DNA of 64,000 bases from an uncultured Bacteroidales bacterium (GCA_947169105.1 CAMVOL010000005.1:9171-73170); one strand, 5' to 3'. Shown: positions 8,116-16,946, numbered from the stretch's first letter. Translations and numbers: made by a program. The notes: a model not told the origin generated them from the letters alone.

Positions 8116-8582
8116 ACAACGTTTTTTTTCCTGAGGAGCAAGTGTCAGAAAATGACTTGTATTTCGTTTGCTATATGATTGAACGTGTGGCTCGTCAGTT
8201 GAGACAACCTAATAGCTATGTGGTCAACCACATGGGATACAATGCTTTGTCAGAAAAACTCTCACTTGCGAATGTGTTACATTCACTTAATCCGTTGGAT
8301 GTCTGTGCAGATTGGATTGAAGTATATGGTTTACAATCAGGGAACTATGATGTGACTAATGTAAATAGAGAGTTGTGTACAAATGTCCCGTCTGCACTGC
8401 AGATGGGTAAAGTATATACCCGTTTGATTCTCTCGACAATGAAAGAGAATGAAGACTATGCGAATGCTATTATTCGCGTGTACAATTCACCAATTTGTGC
8501 AACCCTTGACAACTATAACTGTAGTGCTTATTATGAGCCATCTCCGTATATTACCCAATGCTATTATGCTGGTGGATTTTAG
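8112..8582 (+). CDS. DUF3791-like protein
   Basis: The ATG at 8112 overlaps the upstream stop (ATGA). The sequence MNNVFFPEEQVSENDLYFVCYMIERVARQL... resembles the DUF3791 family that usually accompanies DUF3990. I rejected the ORF-track start at 8061. Confidence 0.55.
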   Translation: MNNVFFPEEQVSENDLYFVCYMIERVARQLRQPNSYVVNHMGYNALSEKLSLANVLHSLNPLDVCADWIEVYGLQSGNYDVTNVNRELCTNVPSALQMGKVYTRLILSTMKENEDYANAIIRVYNSPICATLDNYNCSAYYEPSPYITQCYYAGGF

Positions 8583-8608
8583 TAGAGACGCGATTAATCG
8601 TGTCTCTA
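8583..8608. repeat. REP-like palindrome TAGAGACGCGAT/TAATCGTGTCTCTA (probable terminator hairpin)
   Basis: A near-perfect 26-nt palindrome directly after the DUF3791 stop. It shares the GTAGAGACGCG...CGTSTCTCTAC arms with 21261-21298. Confidence 0.6.
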
Positions 8609-8629
8609 ATTTGATGAAAATGTAACCTC

Positions 8630-9634
8630 ATGAAAAAAACACTATTTCTATTAATACTATTGTCCCTTCCGCTGGCCTTGTGTTGTCAGACCCTTGCTTC
8701 GTTCCGCAATGTGGTGCCTAACGGCTACAACTTCTGGGTCTATACCCCCGGTGATTATGACTCCACCCGCGCCGAAAAGCCGCTGATTTTGTTTTTGCAC
8801 GGGGCGAGCTTGAGTGGCAGCGACCTCTCGCGGGTACGGAAGTACGGCCCGCTGACGGCCATCTCCTACGGGCACGACATTGACGCGGTCATCCTTGCGC
8901 CGCAGTCGCCCGGCGGCAGCTGGAAGGCCGACAATGTGGAGAACATCCTCAACTGGACGCTGGCGCACTATTCCGTGGACACCAACCGCATCTACGTGAT
9001 CGGAATGAGCATGGGTGGTTACGGAACCATCAATTATACAGGCACTTATCCCGACCGCGTGGCGGCAGCGATGGCCTTGTGCGGAGGCGGCAACCTCAAA
9101 GGGTACTGCAACCTCAACCAATTCCCGCTGTGGATCATGCACGGCACCGCCGACCGCGCCGTGGGGGTGGGCGAATCCCAAAAGGTGGTGAACGCGATGA
9201 AGGCCTGCGGCGACACCCCGCTGCTCCGGTTCACCAAACTGCCGGGACAGAGCCACGCCGCCCTCGCCAAAATCTTCTACCTCGACGAAACCTACGAGTG
9301 GCTCTTCTCCCACCGCCTTGACGACAGCGTGCGGCACATCAACACCGACATCGACATCACCGCAAAGACGATGGAGAAAGCCTACCAGAACATCGACCGC
9401 AGCAAGATCAAGGTGGAGGTGGTGAACGGACAGACCGGCAATGCGGAACCTGCCAAAACCACTACCGACAGCAATTCCTCCACCGCCGATGTGACCTACC
9501 ACCGCGTGAAAAAAGGCGACACCCTCAGCGCCATCGCCCGCAAGTACCACACCACCGTTTCCAAGCTGTGCCAACTGAACCACATCAAGGAGACTTCCAT
9601 CCTCCAGATTGGACAGAAAATAAAAGTCAAGTAG
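8630..9634 (+). CDS. Secreted alpha/beta-hydrolase (esterase/PHB-depolymerase-like) with C-terminal LysM domain
   Basis: Signal peptide, GxSxG nucleophile elbow (GMSMGG), HGTAD, and a LysM domain (YHRVKKGDTLSAIARKYHTTVSKLCQLNHI...GQKIKV). Confidence 0.75.
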   Translation: MKKTLFLLILLSLPLALCCQTLASFRNVVPNGYNFWVYTPGDYDSTRAEKPLILFLHGASLSGSDLSRVRKYGPLTAISYGHDIDAVILAPQSPGGSWKADNVENILNWTLAHYSVDTNRIYVIGMSMGGYGTINYTGTYPDRVAAAMALCGGGNLKGYCNLNQFPLWIMHGTADRAVGVGESQKVVNAMKACGDTPLLRFTKLPGQSHAALAKIFYLDETYEWLFSHRLDDSVRHINTDIDITAKTMEKAYQNIDRSKIKVEVVNGQTGNAEPAKTTTDSNSSTADVTYHRVKKGDTLSAIARKYHTTVSKLCQLNHIKETSILQIGQKIKVK

Positions 9635-9652
9635 TTAGTATTCAGAATATTT

Positions 9653-11308
9653 ATGGCAGAATTTTTCGATTTGTCCGGATTCTCCGCCGCCAAGAATATG
9701 TGGCTCGTCTTCGGATTGTCGTTAGCCGCCGCCTCTTTCCTATTATACTATTTGAAAAAAGACCGGTTGGCGCTGCTGTTGCTGACATTGGGCGGCTTTT
9801 GCCTTTACACGTTTGGCGCACTTACCGACCCCTTTCTTAATTTCTGGGACGAGCGTTTCCATGCGTTGGTGGCAAAAAACTGTATGGAAACCCCGCTGAT
9901 GCCGCGTCTTTATCCCGAACTTCCGATGACAGAGTTGGATCCGATGGTATGGCCGCACGCCTACGTATGGCTTCACAAGCAGCCGCTGTTCACATGGCAG
10001 ATCGCCCTCTGTTTCAAACTATTCGGCGTATCCGAATTTACGTTGCGCCTGCCGTCGGTCATCATGGCCACACTAATGATTCCGTTATGCTATCGTATTG
10101 GCAAGCTATTTATTGATAGCAGATTAGGATTTTACACAGCCCTTTCTGCCACTTTCTCGTGGTTTCTGTTGGACTTGGTCGCAGGGCACGGCACATCCGA
10201 CCACAACAATGTCTGCTTCGTATTCTACGTCACCGCCTCCGTGTGGTCGTGGATGGAGTACGTACGGAGCGGGCGGCGGTGGGGTTGGACCGTTGTTACG
10301 GGCGTGCTCAGCGGCTGCGCCATCCTCACCAAGTGGCTGATGGGGCTGCTGGTTTACCTCGTTTGGGGCGTCTATCTGCTTGCCAAATATCGTTTTCAGC
10401 TGAAAGAATGGAAGATACCCCAATTTGTGGTGGCTCTTGCCATCACGGTGGCGGTGGCACTCCCTTGGCAGATTTTCACGATGAAAGCCTACCCCGATGT
10501 GGCGAAGGTAGAAATGCGGAACAACGCCCTCCATTTTTCTACTGTGGTAGAAAAAGAGCACGGACAAGATGGGGACTTCTACCTTGAAACCCTGCCGTTC
10601 ATCTATATTGGAGACAAGGATTATGATGAGATAACCTCCAAAGCAATTGATTATACTCCGCTGAGAATTTTTCATATTTTGATTCTTCTTGCAGGTTTCG
10701 GGCTGCTGGTGTGGCGTGCAGGGAAATGGAAAAAACGAATACCCTTGATGGTCACGGTGTTATTTGTCTATCTTTTCTTTTCCATAGCGGCAATGAAGCT
10801 GCCCGCCTACCCATTTTGTATCTGCGCGGCGGGATTTATGAGCATTGGGATGGTGTGCTGCTTTATGGAGGATATCATCCAAAAATTCCTTAAAAACCGA
10901 GTGGCAATCTTTGCCGTCTGGTTTCCGCTGATAGCGTTGGCCGCACTTTACCAGTTCAATTTCACATGGTATCGGCACCACCATATCAACAGATATGTGT
11001 GGTGGCGTTCCACCATGATTGAAAACGTGCAAGATTACAAACAATTGGCCAATACCCTTCCTGAAAAAACCATCCTATTCAATGTCCGGGGGCTCAATGA
11101 TAACGGCATTTACTGCACCCCCATAGAGGCCATGTTTTACAGTGGAGCCGTTTGTTATAGCTTTCCCCCGACGGAGGAGCAACTACAGATGCTGAAAGTG
11201 CAGGGCTATCATATCGCCATCCTTACACACCTCCCCGTTCCCGACTATATGATGGAAGACGACGAGGTGATGAAGATTGACAATGTTGAGGTGAGGTATG
11301 ATTTGTAA
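9653..11308 (+). CDS. Polytopic membrane glycosyltransferase, GT39/ArnT-PMT-like
   Basis: 551 aa with about 12 predicted hydrophobic helices and an N-terminal loop DE motif (FWDERFHALVAKN), typical of ArnT/PMT_2-type lipid-linked sugar transferases. Confidence 0.65.
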   Translation: MAEFFDLSGFSAAKNMWLVFGLSLAAASFLLYYLKKDRLALLLLTLGGFCLYTFGALTDPFLNFWDERFHALVAKNCMETPLMPRLYPELPMTELDPMVWPHAYVWLHKQPLFTWQIALCFKLFGVSEFTLRLPSVIMATLMIPLCYRIGKLFIDSRLGFYTALSATFSWFLLDLVAGHGTSDHNNVCFVFYVTASVWSWMEYVRSGRRWGWTVVTGVLSGCAILTKWLMGLLVYLVWGVYLLAKYRFQLKEWKIPQFVVALAITVAVALPWQIFTMKAYPDVAKVEMRNNALHFSTVVEKEHGQDGDFYLETLPFIYIGDKDYDEITSKAIDYTPLRIFHILILLAGFGLLVWRAGKWKKRIPLMVTVLFVYLFFSIAAMKLPAYPFCICAAGFMSIGMVCCFMEDIIQKFLKNRVAIFAVWFPLIALAALYQFNFTWYRHHHINRYVWWRSTMIENVQDYKQLANTLPEKTILFNVRGLNDNGIYCTPIEAMFYSGAVCYSFPPTEEQLQMLKVQGYHIAILTHLPVPDYMMEDDEVMKIDNVEVRYDL

Positions 11309-11743
11309 AAATCCCGTTGGCCATAGTGGGCGAGGGCCAAACAGCAGCCCAACCTTCGCCAACCGGTTGTTTTTTTCATAAACTTACAGTAACGCAACTA
11401 TAGATTCGGTGCTTTTACAAACTTAACGATGCAGTCAATACAAATCGGGCGGGCAGTTATCCTGTCGATGTAAAGTACTTTCAGCAAAGCCATCGGCTGC
11501 TATCTTATCGAAAATACGCTGTAATCGGTTCATGAATTTTGCTGAATTTCAGTTGGCAGAGATACGACAATTCTAATTATTTAGAACATGTCAATATCTA
11601 TTTGTTTCATCCGGCATCCTTTCTACTCCCCGCCACCATTTGCAATTATCTTCTGTCAGATGACCTCTCCGTTGTTGTAGCGGCAAACCACCACATACGG
11701 TTTGCTTCTGCCGGAAAGAATGTCTTCGGCCGCCTTCCTTAAA

Positions 11744-12170
11744 TTACTTGCAGAAATAATTTCCGTAATATGGGAACGAATCCTGTTTTTCCACAAATTC
11801 ACGATAGCCAGTCCAATAATTATCTCTCATCAATTGCCCCTCATTACGTCTTATCTGATAGCTCCAATCCCATTTGAAATCATCAGTTGATTTGTTCATC
11901 AAGGAATCTTTCCATTGCTTGTATTCCTCGTAGATACACATACAAGTATCACTGTCAGATTTACGATTTGAAGCTAAAAATTGAGCATCCAGACAATTCT
12001 TTTCAGTTTGAACTACTGACAACCGTCCAAGATAATATAAATAATCTGCAAACAAGCTATCAATATATGTACTGCGCATCGCAATCAAGAATTTCCTGAA
12101 TGGTCTTGCCTTCGTGCTTGCCGAAAACAATCGTGTCGTCCAAATCGTAAATGTAATGTACTTGTGCCAT
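11744..12170 (-). pseudogene. Hypothetical gene, apparently frameshifted near 12060-12075
   Basis: The ATG at 12170 (MAQVHYIYDLDDTIVFGKHEGKTIQEILDCDAQYIY*) stops at 12060. A second frame continues (..YIDSLFADYLYYLGRL...YYGNYFCK) to 11744. It has its own -7 box upstream. Confidence 0.3.
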
Positions 12171-12195
12171 AGAATCTCCGTTTTGATTTCGGCGG

Positions 12196-12203
12196 CAAAA
12201 GTA
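12196..12203 (-). promoter_or_regulatory. -7 promoter box (TACTTTTG) for the 12170 ORF
   Basis: TAnnTTTG consensus in the context gTActTTTGccgcc on the - strand, 26 nt upstream of the ATG at 12170. Confidence 0.45.
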
Positions 12204-12268
12204 CAACCGAACTGTGCAATCATTCTGCACACCAAAAACAGTGTGCAAAAATGTTTCGTCGCCCGCCA

Positions 12269-12997
12269 TCACTCCAGTTCCCGCACCGTTCCTTCTTCAT
12301 CGATGCAGACGCACCGGCGGGCATCCACATCGTACAGATGACATTCCGCCTCAAGGTTGAGCAGTCCCGACGCCATCTGCGTGTGGCCTACAATCTGGAT
12401 GATGTCCGTGAGACTCTTGTGAATCGGGTCCGCCATTTCGTGGATGTCCGCCCAGACCATACTGCCGTAGGTGCATCGGCCGCCGCGTTCAGCACTTATT
12501 TCGCCCAAGATGCCGTCCAAAGCGCCGTCACGGTACAGCACGTTGATGTAGTCGGCACGCAACGTCTCCTCGTACGAATAGGGGAAAATGTCGCGGTGCT
12601 GGCTATACCACCCGAACGAAATGCCCGCGTGGGATATGAAGAACCGCTTGCCGTTCACCGAATAGTCGAACGCCAGTTGGAACAGCTCCGCATTCTCGCG
12701 GAACATGCCCCGGAGGGTGTCGTAATTCTCGTAGTCGCAGCGGCTGTTGCAGATGTGCCGCCCGATGGAATAGCAGAGGTCGTGGTTCCCCAACAGCAGG
12801 TGCACCTTTGGGTTGGACTTCGCGTAAGCAATAATCTGCGTGAAATTGTCCAACGCATCCCACGGATAGAGTCCTTCGGAACTATAGGGGTCAAGGTAAT
12901 CGCCGAGGAAGACCACTTCCGCGTCGTAGTCAAAAATCTCTTTCCAGAACGGCCTCCCGTGGATATCGGGAACGATAATGAAATCTGCTTTTTTCAT
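12269..12997 (-). CDS. Calcineurin-like metallophosphoesterase
   Basis: Metallophosphatase motifs DIHG, GDYLD, GNHD and a later GH motif (VGHT). 242 aa. Confidence 0.8.
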   Translation of the reverse strand: MKKADFIIVPDIHGRPFWKEIFDYDAEVVFLGDYLDPYSSEGLYPWDALDNFTQIIAYAKSNPKVHLLLGNHDLCYSIGRHICNSRCDYENYDTLRGMFRENAELFQLAFDYSVNGKRFFISHAGISFGWYSQHRDIFPYSYEETLRADYINVLYRDGALDGILGEISAERGGRCTYGSMVWADIHEMADPIHKSLTDIIQIVGHTQMASGLLNLEAECHLYDVDARRCVCIDEEGTVRELE

Positions 12998-13013
12998 TGC
13001 TAAAACGGCGCCG

Positions 13014-13021
13014 CAAAGGTA
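13014..13021 (-). promoter_or_regulatory. -7 promoter box (TACCTTTG) for the metallophosphoesterase gene
   Basis: TAnnTTTG consensus on the - strand, 17 nt upstream of the ATG at 12997. Confidence 0.45.
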
Positions 13022-13030
13022 CTAATAAAA

Positions 13031-13115
13031 CTGAGAACTGAAAATTGAGAACTGAAAACTGAGAACTGAAAACGGGAAATTTGGATGAAGAGATGAAAGG
13101 ATGAAAAGATGAGAG
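13031..13115. repeat. Tandem short-word repeats: (TGAGAACTGAAAAY)x3 then (GATGARRR)x4
   Basis: 14-nt units span 13031-13073 and 8-nt units span 13084-13115. The tract is nearly C-free on the + strand and sits just upstream of the - strand promoter. Confidence 0.7.
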
Positions 13116-13211
13116 ACTCCCTTGAACGGATTTTTGAACGCTTTTTGGGAAAAACGGGAAATGCAGGCAGAAAACGCCCAAAAGTATATTGCTGATTTAC
13201 AATGATGTAAA

Positions 13212-13244
13212 ACAAAAAACGCCCATTCGTAAAACTGGGCGTTT
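13212..13244 (-). terminator. Rho-independent terminator 3' of tRNA-Gly
   Basis: On the - strand, an AACGCCCA-gttttacgaa-TGGGCGTT hairpin is followed by TTTTTTG. Confidence 0.65.
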
Positions 13245-13255
13245 TGCCTATTTTG

Positions 13256-13328
13256 AGCGGTAAACGGGTCTCGAACCCGCGACCTGCAGCTTGGGAAGCT
13301 GCCGCTCTACCAACTGAGCTATTACCGC
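13256..13328 (-). tRNA. tRNA-Gly (anticodon CCC)
   Basis: Reverse complement GCGGTAATAGCTCAGTTGGTAGAGCGGCAGCTTCCCAAGCTGCAGGTCGCGGGTTCGAGACCCGTTTACCGCT. The anticodon loop is TTCCCAA, and the D and T arms are canonical. Confidence 0.9.
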
Positions 13329-13360
13329 ATTGGTTTCCTATTCATTCCAGAAACCGGCGG

Positions 13361-13368
13361 CAAAATTA
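13361..13368 (-). promoter_or_regulatory. -7 promoter box (TAATTTTG) for tRNA-Gly
   Basis: TAnnTTTG consensus in the context gTAatTTTGccgcc, about 33 nt upstream of the tRNA 5' end. Confidence 0.45.
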
Positions 13369-13422
13369 CTATTTTTTTGCTTATACCCGACAGCCATTTG
13401 AAAAATTCAGCCATAAATCCTG

Positions 13423-16400
13423 TTACCATTTCAGGAATCGTCCGTGCAGGGTTGTTCCGTCGGCACTGATGGACTGCACAAAATAGACACCTGCTTTCAA
13501 AGCAGATACATCCATCCGGATGTCTTTCTCCTGTTTCAACCCATTTTCGGAAATTCGATCTTCATAAACAACCTTTCCTTGCGTATCGAAGACACGGACG
13601 ATGGTGGACAATATCGGAATCCGGACCCACACAACCCCTTCAGACGGATTTGGCCACAAATAGAGGGGATTTCGAACATTCTCTTGTTCCCAGTCCTGTT
13701 TTTTGTTGCTTTCATCGTTTGTCAGGAGATCTCTTTCGTCTCTCGAAAAATTATTGTCGCTGACGTAATCATCCAAAGTTTTACAATCTTTATACCTTGC
13801 ATCGGTGGCATATTGTGGTTCTGATAAAACTGGTTCCGAATAAAGTCCTGCACCATTCACCGCCCTCACGGCAATATAATAAGGGAATGACAATCTGAAC
13901 ATCGGGTTGAATGAAGCATAACAGCGCTGAACCGTGCCTATCCATCTGATTTCACCGACTGCTTCATCGCCAACATAACCATACTCATACATTTTGATGT
14001 CGGAATGGATGTCTTTTGCTCTCTTCCAACGGATGGATAAGGCGAAAATGTAAGAATACCTCTGTTTTCTCTGACACACCTCAACAACAATCGGTTCAAG
14101 GAGCGACGGATTTGTGTAGTCCACCTTGAGGGATTTTTCGGCAATGGGAGAAAACCTCCGTTGGTCGTTCACTATTACAGAAAAGGCTCTACAAGTGGCA
14201 CTCCCTCTTTCCGCCTGCCACTGAAGGGCACAATGGAAGGCACTCCCCACCGTCGCATTTACAGACGAACCACGGGAACGATACACATGAAGGTTATCAA
14301 AACAGGCCGTTGCTCCAGAGGTGATTAGCGACATTTTTGATAGTGCCGGAACGGTTGGCAAAGCACCCACACCGATACCTTCGCCAAGGAATCTGCCGTC
14401 ACGGAAAAGCAAAATCTTCCCGTTTGGTGCATCACAAATTATCCTGTATTGGTAGGTAGTTCCTATTTCTGTCGTAACATCGTCAATGGTGTATAACAAG
14501 GTATCATTCCCCCGTAAAATGCGGTAAAATCGAATCTGTCTTTCGTTGGGGTACACCACCACTTGATACGCAGTTCTCCGTGAGTTGTTGTCCGTACTGA
14601 AGATTTGGATGCCCGCCATCCCTTCGTCGCCCGCACAAGACAGGAGTGTCATATCGAACTCATATAGGTACGCATCATTTTGATTGCAGGCAAGATCTGT
14701 CTGAAGCGTAGCCACCCTTGTCCCCCTTTGGTATAACTGTCCGTGGACGATTTCCCACTCTCCTTGCTGCACACGCCAATTCCGAAGGCTTCCTCTCTCA
14801 AAATCGTCATAATAGAATCCGCAATTTGCATTCGATGTCCACCCGCCATTACCATTGTAGCCTGCAAACTGATAAAATCTGTAAAGGATATTCCCAACGC
14901 TGGAGTCTTCAAAGTCAAGTTGAAAGTCTTCCGTTATCCATTGATCTTCATTCCAAAGAATGTTTGTTTCAGGAGAATGGGATTCTTCTGAAATATTTGC
15001 CTGCCATGTCGCCACCCATCCGGCGGCAGTAGTGGCGCAGTCGGAACGGAATTCCACGAGGAGGGAATTCCCGGAGGATGTCACAGTGCCGGGTGAGGTG
15101 GTGTTCCACCGTCCAATCAGAGGCGCAAAGACGGTGCTTCCGTCGTAAATCCAGAGGAAGTCGTAATTGTCTTCCAAATCGAACTCACTGAAATCCAATG
15201 TAATACTTTGGGCATTATCGACTTGTATCAGCCACAGCCGGCGTTCGTCGTTCCCATAGTCGCCATCGGGGCCGCCGGAGTCGGTCAGCGTGCCAGAGGA
15301 GGCTTCGAGGCGGGTGACGGGAGTATCATCGTTCACCAGTTTGTAGTAGTAGTTCCAGTTCCAATACGGTCCCGGATCGGTGTGGCTTTGGTTCGGAAAA
15401 TGCTGATGCCCACGGATTTTCACGCAAGCGTTTTCCCCGCCGAGACTATGCAGCCCGCTGTTGAGAACCGTACCGTCGTCAAGGGTATCACGGTAGAACA
15501 TACGGTGCGGGGAGATGCCGTTACGGTCGCAAATGTCACGGACGAGGCGGGCGGAGGAATGGTACATTTCGGGCGTGAAGTAACTGGCGATATCGCCGTA
15601 GGCCTCGTGTTCGATACCGATGGTGTAAGGGTTGCTGTTGCCCACGTGCCATGCCTTGTCGGCTTCGCGCACCATCTGCGTGATCTGCCCGTCGATGGAG
15701 CGGACAACATAGTGCGCCGAAGCTCGGGCACCAACGCCATTATAGGTGCAGTTTCGGAACCATGCGATAGCGCTGGCGTAAGTTCCTTGCGTGTAATGGA
15801 TGGTGACGGCAGAAACCGAGTGCCCTCCCCTACCCGCAGTGTAGTTGCACGTTCCTGCGGGGGTCCAGACAGCGCCACTATAATCCGTACTTTCGGTGCG
15901 GGTGCCGCCTTCCTCTCCTGCAGGGAGCCGCACTTCCGTAGCTTGTAGCAGCGGCAACATTCTTCCGAAACAGCACGGATAGTCCGGCCTGCTGACGGTG
16001 GCACCCGTCACCTTACGGAAATGGTCGTTGTCCACGAATTTGGCGATGGCGTACAAGTTGCTATGGAGGGCAAAGGAGAGGACGGAATCGTCGGACAATG
16101 GCAGTTCCGACAGGGCGACAAGGACAGGCATCTGCGACTCAAATCGGTCGGAACAGACTTTAAGCTGTCGCTGCAAGGCGGAGTAGGCGGCGGCGTAAGC
16201 CACTACATTGTCGCGAGGCGATGAGATGATATCCTCCACAGAAATGCCAGAAAGTTCGGACACATAGTGCAGATTGTCACGGAAAAAGTTTTGGCCGTCA
16301 AGCGTAAGTCCCATCAACCCATACGTGTAAGGGGCTTCTCCTTCCGCTGGCAATTTGTCGGGAGGCACCAGATGCATGAACCGCGTGTAGGTGTATGACA

Positions 16401-16599
16401 CCGCCTCCAGCATACCTCGGGGAACCGACGGATATAAGAAGTATGCCTCCCTAAAATAGGGTTCCACTCGCTGGTACTGCTGAATCACCGTTGCATCAAT
16501 TCGACGGGATAAATCCGCCGCATATTCCTTTTTACCCACTTGAGAAAAAAGCGAAGTAAAACACAATATTAATATACATATAAAAAATATCTTTTTCAT
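13423..16599 (-). CDS. Large T9SS-secreted peptidoglycan hydrolase: SLT-like, amidase_2 (PGRP-like), CUB-like and LamG-like regions plus a type-A CTD
   Basis: The N-terminus (MLEAVSYTYT...YGLMGL) resembles a lytic transglycosylase. The amidase_2 region reads AVTIHYTQG...AHYVV...AWHVG..NPYTIGIEHE. The CUB-like region reads ITLDFSEFDLEDNYDFLWIYDG. The C-terminus WPNPSEG...GVYFVQ is a T9SS tail. The start is set at the ATG at 16599 (MKKIFF), downstream of the -7 box. Confidence 0.8.
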   Translation of the reverse strand: MKKIFFICILILCFTSLFSQVGKKEYAADLSRRIDATVIQQYQRVEPYFREAYFLYPSVPRGMLEAVSYTYTRFMHLVPPDKLPAEGEAPYTYGLMGLTLDGQNFFRDNLHYVSELSGISVEDIISSPRDNVVAYAAAYSALQRQLKVCSDRFESQMPVLVALSELPLSDDSVLSFALHSNLYAIAKFVDNDHFRKVTGATVSRPDYPCCFGRMLPLLQATEVRLPAGEEGGTRTESTDYSGAVWTPAGTCNYTAGRGGHSVSAVTIHYTQGTYASAIAWFRNCTYNGVGARASAHYVVRSIDGQITQMVREADKAWHVGNSNPYTIGIEHEAYGDIASYFTPEMYHSSARLVRDICDRNGISPHRMFYRDTLDDGTVLNSGLHSLGGENACVKIRGHQHFPNQSHTDPGPYWNWNYYYKLVNDDTPVTRLEASSGTLTDSGGPDGDYGNDERRLWLIQVDNAQSITLDFSEFDLEDNYDFLWIYDGSTVFAPLIGRWNTTSPGTVTSSGNSLLVEFRSDCATTAAGWVATWQANISEESHSPETNILWNEDQWITEDFQLDFEDSSVGNILYRFYQFAGYNGNGGWTSNANCGFYYDDFERGSLRNWRVQQGEWEIVHGQLYQRGTRVATLQTDLACNQNDAYLYEFDMTLLSCAGDEGMAGIQIFSTDNNSRRTAYQVVVYPNERQIRFYRILRGNDTLLYTIDDVTTEIGTTYQYRIICDAPNGKILLFRDGRFLGEGIGVGALPTVPALSKMSLITSGATACFDNLHVYRSRGSSVNATVGSAFHCALQWQAERGSATCRAFSVIVNDQRRFSPIAEKSLKVDYTNPSLLEPIVVEVCQRKQRYSYIFALSIRWKRAKDIHSDIKMYEYGYVGDEAVGEIRWIGTVQRCYASFNPMFRLSFPYYIAVRAVNGAGLYSEPVLSEPQYATDARYKDCKTLDDYVSDNNFSRDERDLLTNDESNKKQDWEQENVRNPLYLWPNPSEGVVWVRIPILSTIVRVFDTQGKVVYEDRISENGLKQEKDIRMDVSALKAGVYFVQSISADGTTLHGRFLKW

Positions 16600-16640
16600 A
16601 ATTTTAATTTTATATTTGTTTTTGATTGATTTTTGCAACG

Positions 16641-16648
16641 CAAATATA
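16641..16648 (-). promoter_or_regulatory. -7 promoter box (TATATTTG) for the PG hydrolase gene
   Basis: TAnnTTTG consensus on the - strand. Its position argues against the ORF-track start at 16638. Confidence 0.4.
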
Positions 16649-16887
16649 CCACATAAAAACAGGCATTTTCAAGTATAAAAATTGTGATTTAACTTTTATT
16701 AACATTTGATTTAAAACACTAGTAATCATACATAAGTTGTTAATTTAACTTTATAAAATATGTTTTTGCTGTTTTTGGGTTCCGAAAATTTCGGAGAAAA
16801 ATCCTTCGCATCGTCAAAAAAACATTTGCGCAAAAACTTTGTGGAAAAAAACTTTTAAACAGTTCTTGCACAATAAAAAAATTGTTG

Positions 16888-16895
16888 TATTTTTG
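16888..16895 (+). promoter_or_regulatory. -7 promoter box (TATTTTTG) for rpmH
   Basis: TAnnTTTG consensus in the context gTAttTTTGcagcc, 52 nt upstream of the rpmH ATG. Confidence 0.45.
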
Positions 16896-16946
16896 CAGCC
16901 CAAAATTTGGAGAGAATAGTTAAGTAATAATCAAGGTAATAGTAAG

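Noticed and set aside
11640-11800. A Phd/YefM-like antitoxin fragment (ISASNLRKAAEDILSGRSKPYVVVCRYNNGEVI*).
   Set aside because: It has no ATG start, is only about 45 codons long, overlaps the end of another frame, and has no adjacent toxin ORF. The similarity is weak and recalled from memory.
13212-13328. tRNA-Gly as the attachment site of an integrated element covering 11309-13250.
   Set aside because: I found no direct repeat of the tRNA 3' end and no integrase or mobility gene. Only circumstantial gene decay remains, reported separately at low interest.
16640-16946. An AT-rich 300-bp spacer next to rpmH, considered as a possible replication origin.
   Set aside because: I found no cluster of DnaA boxes, only weak single matches such as TGTGGAAAA. 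dnaA is not present either. The region is adequately explained by two divergent promoters.
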